Program-made: the position numbers and the translations under genes
The notes under the pieces: generated by a model
What the model saw: only the letters and a program-made list of their open reading frames with translations
The model's database searches: none
Told to the model about the DNA's origin: nothing
Virus record (IMG/VR): IMGVR_UViG_3300045988_000371
Location: 1 to 5,437 of that record
Source of the DNA: a virus
Strand: one strand, 5' to 3'
Length of the DNA stretch: 5,437 nucleotides
Shown here: positions 1 through 4,287 of the stretch, piece after piece
Layout of the letters: each line of letters starts with the position of its first letter
Position numbering within the stretch: the stretch's first letter is position 1

Positions 1-55
1 CCGCCGAAGCCTTCTTTGTCTTTTTTGCCGCTTCCGGCTGCTGTGCTTTTGCCGC
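1..55. repeat. Terminal direct repeat, copy 1 (circular-contig overlap)
   Basis: ccgccgaagccttctttgtcttttttgccgcttccggctgctgtgcttttgccgc matches 5383-5437 base for base (checked by eye). It lies inside the VP2 coding sequence, so it is redundancy of the linear representation and not a biological repeat. Confidence 0.95.
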
Positions 56-791
56 TGTTGTTGTTTTGGTTGAGCCATCCGGTTAAGTCCGGGAAGTCTG
101 TCTGATAGCTGTTGTAACCGCTGCTGTGCATCTCTCCACTCGAGTCTGTCCAGTTCCAGCTTTCGGCCTTTGTTTTTGAGTAGTTTGCGGTTGTTCCGGA
201 GATTGTCGGCATACTTGCTGCTTGCGTTCCAACGCTTGGTGCGCTTATGCTGCTTTGCCCGATTGTTCCGTGTGCGCCTGTCGGAGTGCTTGCGCCGCCT
301 TGTGCGTAGGCCAGTATAGGATTAAGCCCTGCTTTTTTCATGTCGGCCATTGCCCTCTGATAGCTTGTGTTACTCATGCGCTCTTGCCATGCTCTGTTAG
401 CTGCTGCCTCTGCGGAGTTGTAGGACATTGCCGCGTCTTGCTGGATGCGATTGTAAACGCCCTGCTGGATAGCTCCCAGAGTGTTTAAGCCCAGTGCCAT
501 GAGAGAGTTTTTGTTGTTTTGCATGCTCTGCATGCCCTGCGCTTGTTGGCTCTGCCCCAGAAAGTATTTAGCCAGCTCTTTTGTCTGGTCCATGTTTACG
601 CCGCTTTCGCTGGTCATGGTTGAGCCGCCTTCGCCGTGTGCTTTGTTGTAACTGTCAGCTGAGGTGCTGCCGCTACCCGACGTGCCTTTGAGCGCGTTAA
701 AGATGCCGGTTCCGGCGTTTATGAGGCCGCTTACTCCGCCCAGTATTTTCGCGCCTGTTGATAAGGCTCCTAAAAAGGCTGGTAATGCCAT
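1..791 (-). CDS. VP2: Minor capsid / DNA pilot protein VP2, N-terminal 263 codons plus 2 nt; the ORF runs off the window start and continues at 5382
   Basis: Hand translation from the ATG at 791-789 is open all the way to position 1. It reads MALPAFLGALSTGAKILGGVSGLINAGTGIFNALKGTSGSGSTSADSYNKAHGEGGSTMTSESGVNMDQTKELAKYFLGQSQQAQGMQSMQNNKNSLMALGLNTLGAIQQGVYNRIQQDAAMSYNSAEAAANRAWQERMSNTSYQRAMADMKKAGLNPILAYAQGG... The stretch ERMSNTSYQRAMADMKKAGLNPILAY (306-383) matches the block I recognise as conserved in gokushovirus-type VP2 proteins. The position directly after VP1 fits. The ORF is missing from the supplied track because it crosses the linear break. Confidence 0.85.
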   Translation of the reverse strand, partial: MALPAFLGALSTGAKILGGVSGLINAGTGIFNALKGTSGSGSTSADSYNKAHGEGGSTMTSESGVNMDQTKELAKYFLGQSQQAQGMQSMQNNKNSLMALGLNTLGAIQQGVYNRIQQDAAMSYNSAEAAANRAWQERMSNTSYQRAMADMKKAGLNPILAYAQGGASTPTGAHGTIGQSSISAPSVGTQAASMPTISGTTANYSKTKAESWNWTDSSGEMHSSGYNSYQTDFPDLTGWLNQNNNSGKSTAAGSGKKDKEGFG

Positions 792-794
792 TTT

Positions 795-823
795 CAAAAA
801 TAGCCGGGGTTTTGTCCCCGGCT
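795..823 (-). terminator. Intrinsic-terminator-like hairpin between VP1 and VP2 (probable partial terminator or mRNA-stabilising stem)
   Basis: The minus strand reads AGCCGGGG-ACAAAA-CCCCGGCT followed by ATTTTTG. This is an 8-bp perfect GC-rich stem (802-809 pairing with 816-823), a 6-nt loop, and then a T5 run. It sits 12 nt after the VP1 stop and ends 3 nt before the VP2 ATG. Confidence 0.6.
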
Positions 824-834
824 GTCTCCTTTCT

Positions 835-2451
835 TTAGTGATGGTCGATGAGGCCGGGAATGCTGTACACCGGCATACACCGCGTTGTTTTGTTCATAAA
901 GTAGAAGTCTGCAATAAAGTCCGGCTGAGACTGTACCGCAAGAGTTCGCTTCATTTCGGTGTCGGTCTGCTCCATCCATGCCGTACTCAGCGTGGGTAGT
1001 GCGTCGTAATCTTGTGCATAGTGCCATGCATCGAGGCTCTGTGCTGCGTTGCTTCGGAAAAGCCCAGTTACTTTGCTGGGCTTGTACCTGTAGTCGGCCC
1101 ATGCCTCTTGGTAGCCGAACGCCTCTTCATCTGCTGTGTTGCCCTGTGCATAGATTTCTTTGTTGAGAATGGCTTGTTCGCCGATGTTTGCCAGTACCGG
1201 CCAGTAGTAATCATACCGGCCTTTGCGGCTCCACATGCGCTCGATACCCTGCTGATAGGTCTGGTCGGTACGGACGACCGCCAGACCCATAATCAAACCA
1301 TGCTCAGTAAAGGACTTGGTAAACATAGGTTTGTTCATGGTGGTTACACTCAACGCCGCTGTGTTGCCCAGCGGACTCGTGCCGTCAGTCGAAGAGGTCT
1401 GGATAACCTGAGACACGTTGATAGGCAGTCTGTAGCCGCCCAGATACTCCGGAATCTGCATACGAGAGTCAGGAGAGATAACCCCGAAGTGCTCGCGCAG
1501 CACCTCGCGGTATCTCGTGCCGCCTCGTGCATCTTTTTCGAGCAGCTTCTGAATCTGGAATGCCTGACGTAACTGGTTGATGGTTGCTGCGGTGACGTTG
1601 CCGAGGTCTGCGTACAGGAATGCGTTTTGGCTTTCGTCCTGTACTCGTGTGCTGCCGTTCGGGAACTTTATGTCCGGTGCGTTTATGTAAAAATCCGACA
1701 CCCTTACATTTCCTCCGTCAACGACTCGTAGGGAGTATTCGATGTTTTCCCCATCTGCGACGTTTTTGCCGACGATCGGCGCGTTTCCGGTCAGCGGAAT
1801 CGTGATTGGCTCGCCTTTCTGAGGCTCCGGTAAAGCTCCGGTGTAGTAGTCAAACACCTTCGCTGCTTTGAGAGGCTTTGCCAACGTGATAGCACTGTCG
1901 TTGGTAGCGCTGCCATCGTTTTTGCCGGTCGTGGTCGCATCCGTCACTTCTACAAGCGTCGGCTGCGTGACGTTCTGGTTCCTGAACCATTCGTTGTAGA
2001 TGAGACCATAGGCTCGGCCGGGCAGAGCGCTCACGCTGATGCCCTCGACTTTGGTAGGCAGCCCCAGATAGTCTGCTAGCGTACCTTCCGCCCATCCGCC
2101 GGTCGGTGCCGTCACCTGCGGCACACTGTACTCCGTTTTAGGTGTCCATGCTGTTTCCTTGTTCTCGCCCATGAACTCCTTCCAATGTTCCCAGAGCAAG
2201 CGGTTAGGCACGAAGAAAAAGTAGAAGTCGCAGTAGGCATTGTCCATCACCGGGAAGATGGGTGTCGCCATTCGCATGACACAGGCAACGTCGATTTGGT
2301 GCGTATCGCCCGGTAACACCTCATCCAGATAGATTGGGATGAGGTCGCCCGTGTTGAAGGTCGTTTTGTTGTCGCTGTTGCGCTGGAATCGGCTGCGGCT
2401 TACTCCGACCTGCGGATTCTGTGCAAAGTTGTATTCACTGTTGCGGTTCAC
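835..2451 (-). CDS. VP1: Major capsid protein VP1 (Microviridae F-type capsid), 538 aa, GTG start
   Basis: This is a long ORF carrying N-terminal blocks that I recognise from gokushovirus VP1 proteins: SRSRFQRNSDNKTTFNTGDLIPIYLDEVLPGDTH and RMATPIFPVMDN...YFFFVPNRLLW. A GTG at 2451-2449 is the only start that keeps these blocks. An in-frame TGA lies 5 codons upstream, and the first in-frame ATG is codon 59. GAGGTG lies 6 nt upstream. Confidence 0.93.
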   Translation of the reverse strand: MNRNSEYNFAQNPQVGVSRSRFQRNSDNKTTFNTGDLIPIYLDEVLPGDTHQIDVACVMRMATPIFPVMDNAYCDFYFFFVPNRLLWEHWKEFMGENKETAWTPKTEYSVPQVTAPTGGWAEGTLADYLGLPTKVEGISVSALPGRAYGLIYNEWFRNQNVTQPTLVEVTDATTTGKNDGSATNDSAITLAKPLKAAKVFDYYTGALPEPQKGEPITIPLTGNAPIVGKNVADGENIEYSLRVVDGGNVRVSDFYINAPDIKFPNGSTRVQDESQNAFLYADLGNVTAATINQLRQAFQIQKLLEKDARGGTRYREVLREHFGVISPDSRMQIPEYLGGYRLPINVSQVIQTSSTDGTSPLGNTAALSVTTMNKPMFTKSFTEHGLIMGLAVVRTDQTYQQGIERMWSRKGRYDYYWPVLANIGEQAILNKEIYAQGNTADEEAFGYQEAWADYRYKPSKVTGLFRSNAAQSLDAWHYAQDYDALPTLSTAWMEQTDTEMKRTLAVQSQPDFIADFYFMNKTTRCMPVYSIPGLIDHH

Positions 2452-2942
2452 TTGCTCACCTCTTCATTTTTTGTTGATACTGCTGTACCTGGGTGCTGTG
2501 CTGCATCGCTTGTTTTCGGCAAAATGCCCATTTTGTCTGCCCACTCTTGGGTTCCATAGGCCATGATGTATTTTTCCACATCGTTGTCCCACTTGTTTTT
2601 GACTTCGATGGGCAGCTTGTCAAACTCGGCTTCCGCGTCTTTGATACGCCCATACCACTCGTGGTAATTTGTTGGTGCGTCCGAAATATCGGTCATCGTC
2701 TCGCTGGTCTGCCAGTCCTGACTGCCCAGTGCAGTCGGGTCGTATGTTGCCCGCTTGATGATGTTCTCGATTTTGGTCTCATCCAGACGGCTCTGGATGA
2801 GTGCATAGACGTCTGTTTCGCCGGTTTTTACCAGCTCCCGGCCTTCGTCCGTTACCTTGTACTCATACTCAGGTTCACGGCCGTTGCCGGTCAGGCTCGT
2901 ATGCCTTACCTGTCCGCTGTATGCGCTCCGAAACTCACTCAT
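2448..2942 (-). CDS. VP3: Internal scaffolding protein VP3, 164 aa (start trimmed from the 237-aa track ORF)
   Basis: The C-terminal block EAEFDKLPIEVKNKWDNDVEKYI resembles the F-x-x-LP...-F-x-ND motif of gokushovirus VP3. The gene sits immediately upstream of VP1. The ATG at 2942-2940 (MSEFRSAY...) is preceded by GAGGG and overlaps the stop of the upstream 80-aa gene by 8 nt. The 73 residues upstream in the track ORF are S/R/T/A-rich and read out of frame over a better gene. Confidence 0.75.
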   Translation of the reverse strand: MSEFRSAYSGQVRHTSLTGNGREPEYEYKVTDEGRELVKTGETDVYALIQSRLDETKIENIIKRATYDPTALGSQDWQTSETMTDISDAPTNYHEWYGRIKDAEAEFDKLPIEVKNKWDNDVEKYIMAYGTQEWADKMGILPKTSDAAQHPGTAVSTKNEEVSK

Positions 2943-3177
2943 TGGGCTTGCCCTCACATACGCACATGTTGGTGTTATCGATGACTTCGCCGGTCTCATC
3001 CTCCATGGTGCAGATGTAGTGCAGCTGGAAATCTTCCGGCTTGACGCTGATAAAGCTGTCTTTGTTCTTCTGCTGGCTCTCGAAGAGTCTGCTTGCAACT
3101 GCGTCGTTCTGCTGCTCGAAAAGGCCGCTGAAGGTCTTGGCGACTTTGTCGTAGATTGCATAATAACGTCTCAGCAT
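2935..3177 (-). CDS. Small conserved microvirus nonstructural-type protein, 80 aa (hypothetical)
   Basis: The sequence is MLRRYYAIYDKVAKTFSGLFEQQNDAVASRLFESQQKNKDSFISVKPEDFQLHYICTMEDETGEVI... The pattern Y-x-I-YD-K-x-A...F...A-x-R-x-F...PEDF-x-L...ED-ETGE matches my recollection of a small protein family recurrent in gokushovirus-like genomes and usually annotated as hypothetical or nonstructural. I cannot name the family with certainty. GAGGAGG lies upstream at 3196-3190, and the ATG overlaps the TAA of the upstream ORF (TAATG). Confidence 0.7.
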   Translation of the reverse strand: MLRRYYAIYDKVAKTFSGLFEQQNDAVASRLFESQQKNKDSFISVKPEDFQLHYICTMEDETGEVIDNTNMCVCEGKPNE

Positions 3178-3296
3178 TACAGTCTGGTGCCTCCTCTCAT
3201 GTTCTTCGGGCTGACGTTGACGGCCTTGGTTTTTTTTGCCGTCTGGGTAAAGACCTTTTTGTCTTTACTGCTGGTCATCTTCGTGCGTTTTGCCAT
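3177..3296 (-). CDS. 39-aa highly basic protein; candidate DNA-binding/packaging protein (functional analogue of phiX174 J / chlamydiaphage ORF8-type)
   Basis: Hand translation gives MAKRTKMTSSKDKKVFTQTAKKTKAVNVSPKNMRGGTRL, with 12 K/R residues and 1 acidic residue. The ATG at 3296-3294 is preceded by AAGGAGG (3312-3306) at 9-nt spacing. The stop TAA (3179-3177) overlaps the ATG of the next gene. The ORF is below the track size cutoff. Confidence 0.6.
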   Translation of the reverse strand: MAKRTKMTSSKDKKVFTQTAKKTKAVNVSPKNMRGGTRL

Positions 3297-3393
3297 TGCT
3301 GTCATCCTCCTTGTCGTGCAGTGCATGATAAATCATGTCCAGCTTTTCCAGAATGTCCATCATGATTTTGATGGCTTTCTCGATTTGCTTCAT
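3265..3393 (-). CDS. 42-aa hypothetical protein (amphipathic helix plus acidic tail)
   Basis: Hand translation gives MKQIEKAIKIMMDILEKLDMIYHALHDKEDDSNGKTHEDDQQ. The ATG at 3393-3391 overlaps the TGA of the upstream 68-aa ORF (ATGA), suggesting coupling. There is no nearby SD of its own. The ORF fills what would otherwise be a ~94-nt gap in a compact genome, and its 3' 32 nt are overprinted by the basic ORF. Confidence 0.45.
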   Translation of the reverse strand: MKQIEKAIKIMMDILEKLDMIYHALHDKEDDSNGKTHEDDQQ

Positions 3394-3596
3394 ACTGATG
3401 ATTGCCACTGTTTCAACTCCATTTCTGCCTTTTGGCTTTTGTATTTGTAGATTTCTTCTACGATGGCTTTCGCCTCTTCTACAGTATACGCTTTTTTGAA
3501 CGCTCTGTAAAGTTTTCGGATGAAGTATTCACATTCGTCCGGCGTTTTCGGCCCTCTTTGCCCTTTGTACAGTTCATAGTATGCTCTATCGTACAT
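3390..3596 (-). CDS. 68-aa hypothetical protein, predicted helical
   Basis: Track ORF MYDRAYYELYKGQRGPKTPDECEYFIRKLYRAFKKAYTVEEAKAIVEEIYKYKSQKAEMELKQWQSSV. The composition is protein-like and the ORF is co-oriented with the operon. A weak SD (AAAGGAAA) lies 8 nt upstream, and the ATGA overlap leads into the next ORF. I recognise no family. Confidence 0.6.
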   Translation of the reverse strand: MYDRAYYELYKGQRGPKTPDECEYFIRKLYRAFKKAYTVEEAKAIVEEIYKYKSQKAEMELKQWQSSV

Positions 3597-3672
3597 TTTT
3601 ATTTCCTTTCGCGTTGATGATTACGGCGATACTTAGCAGCATGATTGCGATACTCTGTATAACGTCTACCAT
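3586..3672 (-). CDS. 28-aa hydrophobic peptide, predicted single transmembrane helix
   Basis: Hand translation gives MVDVIQSIAIMLLSIAVIINAKGNKNVR, with a hydrophobic core at V4-I19 and a basic C-terminal tail. The ATG at 3672-3670 is preceded by AAGGAG (3685-3680) at 7-nt spacing. The 3' end overlaps the start of the 68-aa ORF by 11 nt. The ORF is below the track size cutoff. Confidence 0.45.
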   Translation of the reverse strand: MVDVIQSIAIMLLSIAVIINAKGNKNVR

Positions 3673-3702
3673 TTTGATTCTCCTTTCTGCTTTTGGTTAT
3701 TT

Positions 3703-3888
3703 TTACTGTTTTATCCAGTTGTCCGGGTCGAGTGCTTCCGTTGTTCCCAAGAGGTTCTTTTCGATGCGGTATATTTCGCCGTCGCACTGGTCAACTATGT
3801 ATCTGTATTTTTTTGTTTCGTAGATTCCTTTGTCGTACAGCTCGCTGATTGCGTTTATGCTCAGATGCCATAAAGATTTTGCTTTCAT
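3703..3888 (-). CDS. 61-aa hypothetical protein, first gene after the promoter (start trimmed from the 70-aa track ORF)
   Basis: The sequence is MKAKSLWHLSINAISELYDKGIYETKKYRYIVDQCDGEIYRIEKNLLGTTEALDPDNWIKQ. The ATG at 3888-3886 has GAGAGG 8 nt upstream. The track start at 3915 lies inside the -10 hexamer, upstream of the predicted transcription start. I recognise no family. Confidence 0.6.
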   Translation of the reverse strand: MKAKSLWHLSINAISELYDKGIYETKKYRYIVDQCDGEIYRIEKNLLGTTEALDPDNWIKQ

Positions 3889-3913
3889 GGTTCTTACCTC
3901 TCTTTCTGTTTGC

Positions 3914-3960
3914 ATTATACCATACTTTTTCTATTTTGTCAATAGTTTTTTGAAACTTTG
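3914..3960 (-). promoter_or_regulatory. Consensus sigma70/sigmaA-type promoter with extended -10 and an A-rich UP-like element
   Basis: The minus strand reads CAAAGTTTCAAAAAACTA-TTGACA-(17 nt)-TATAAT. The -35 TTGACA is at 3942-3937 and the -10 TATAAT at 3919-3914, preceded by TGG (extended -10, TGn). An A6 tract sits just upstream of the -35. The predicted transcription start is near 3907, giving a ~19-nt leader to the ATG at 3888. Confidence 0.8.
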
Positions 3961-4015
3961 CCGTCAGCTGCTGCCCCTCTGCTCCTTTATTCTGGAACGC
4001 GTAAGCGCTTGCTGT

Positions 4016-4034
4016 GCGGAGCTACGGCGGAGCT
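4016..4034. repeat. Direct repeat GCGGAGCT x2, spaced 11 bp start to start
   Basis: gcggagct occurs at 4016-4023 and 4027-4034, separated by acg. This lies in a GC-rich noncoding patch upstream of the promoter. The 8-mer GCTGTGCG also recurs at 4011-4018 and 4059-4066. Confidence 0.6.
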
Positions 4035-4069
4035 CAGCTAAATCAATTTTCCTTTCTCGCTGTGCGAGT

Positions 4070-4096
4070 TTTCAACACTTTCAACACTTTCAACAG
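4070..4096. repeat. Three tandem 9-bp iterons: TTTCAACAC / TTTCAACAC / TTTCAACAG
   Basis: Read directly from the sequence: 4070-4078, 4079-4087 and 4088-4096. The region is noncoding. Confidence 0.9.
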
Positions 4097-4097
4097 G

Positions 4098-4106
4098 TTT
4101 TCCACA
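4098..4106 (+). promoter_or_regulatory. DnaA-box-like 9-mer TTTTCCACA (fits the relaxed consensus TTWTNCACA)
   Basis: The sequence abuts the tandem iterons. The match to the relaxed DnaA-box consensus was judged by eye. Confidence 0.45.
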
Positions 4107-4112
4107 AAAAGT

Positions 4113-4132
4113 TGCACAAATGGTTTTGTGCA
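4113..4132. repeat. Inverted repeat TGCACAAA-tggt-TTTGTGCA (8-bp stem, 4-nt loop)
   Basis: 4113-4120 pairs perfectly with 4125-4132. It lies between the two iteron groups in the noncoding spacer. Confidence 0.7.
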
Positions 4133-4143
4133 TATTGCTACAC

Positions 4144-4274
4144 TTTCAACAATTCAACAAGTTATCCACAAAGTTATCAACATCAAAATTGACCAAAAAA
4201 TATCGTTCCAAGGATAAAAATTCATAGTATTCAACATTTTAACACTCTCTACTACTACGACTGCAACAAGTTAT
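4144..4274. repeat. Dispersed additional iteron copies (TTCAACA core and variants) plus an 11-mer repeat CAACAAGTTAT x2
   Basis: TTTCAACAA is at 4144-4152, TTCAACAA at 4153-4160 and TTCAACA at 4230-4236. Variants are TTTTAACAC at 4237-4245 and GCAACAA at 4263-4269. CAACAAGTTAT occurs at 4155-4165 and 4264-4274. Confidence 0.75.
4161..4182 (+). promoter_or_regulatory. Pair of DnaA-box motifs 12 bp apart: perfect TTATCCACA and near-consensus TTATCAACA
   Basis: The sequence GTTATCCACAAAGTTATCAACA contains TTATCCACA at 4162-4170, which equals the canonical DnaA R-box. TTATCAACA at 4174-4182 differs at one position. Confidence 0.55.
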
Positions 4275-4287
4275 ATATAATAGGCTG

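Noticed and set aside
1-55. The terminal repeats as LTR/ITR-type ends of a mobile element or as a cos/pac redundancy
   Set aside because: They are direct, exactly 55 nt and internal to a continuous reading frame. This is best explained as assembler overlap on a circular molecule.
794-2653. Minus-strand ORFs nested out of frame in VP1 or VP3 (794-1102, 1350-1532, 1850-2095, 2456-2653), and also 4967-5206 in VP4
   Set aside because: They lie entirely inside strongly supported genes in other frames and have R/S/C-rich, low-complexity translations with no start signals. They are typical shadow ORFs.
2943-3161. N-terminal 73-residue extension of VP3 (the 237-aa track ORF starting at 3161)
   Set aside because: The extension is low-complexity (S/R/T/A-rich) and fully overlaps, out of frame, the 80-aa gene, which has a recognisable conserved pattern and its own SD. 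The VP3-like sequence begins at the ATG at 2942, which has an SD and a stop-start overlap.
3230-3237. The T8 homopolymer (A8 on the coding strand) as a programmed frameshift or slippage site
   Set aside because: It encodes AKKT within an intact, well-signalled ORF, and no extended alternative frame is opened by a +1 or -1 shift. It is worth only a read-level check for homopolymer length error.
3599-3787. The 62-aa very basic minus-strand ORF (MRRRNIPHRKEPLG...) overprinting the 61-aa and 28-aa ORFs
   Set aside because: It starts at a GTG with no SD and runs in an alternative frame of A-rich sequence, which automatically yields K/R/N-rich translations. The 39-aa ORF at 3177-3296 is a much better candidate for the basic DNA-binding protein. 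An overprinted gene cannot be fully excluded without comparative data.
3889-3915. The upstream ATG at 3915 (MQTEREVRT...) as the start of the first cassette gene
   Set aside because: That ATG is part of the -10 hexamer (TATAATG) and lies upstream of the predicted transcription start near 3907. The ATG at 3888 has a proper SD.
4070-4096. The tandem 9-mers as a CRISPR array or microsatellite
   Set aside because: The units are directly adjacent with no spacers and are only 9 bp long. There is no leader or cas context, and diverged copies are scattered through the spacer, which fits protein-binding iterons instead.
4189-4281. Plus-strand promoter-like hexamers (TTGACC at 4189-4194; TATAAT at 4276-4281)
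   Set aside because: Neither has a properly spaced partner element: GGATAA lies 17 nt after TTGACC, and TACTAC sits at the -35 position for the TATAAT. No credible plus-strand gene lies downstream. They are expected by chance in such AT-rich sequence.
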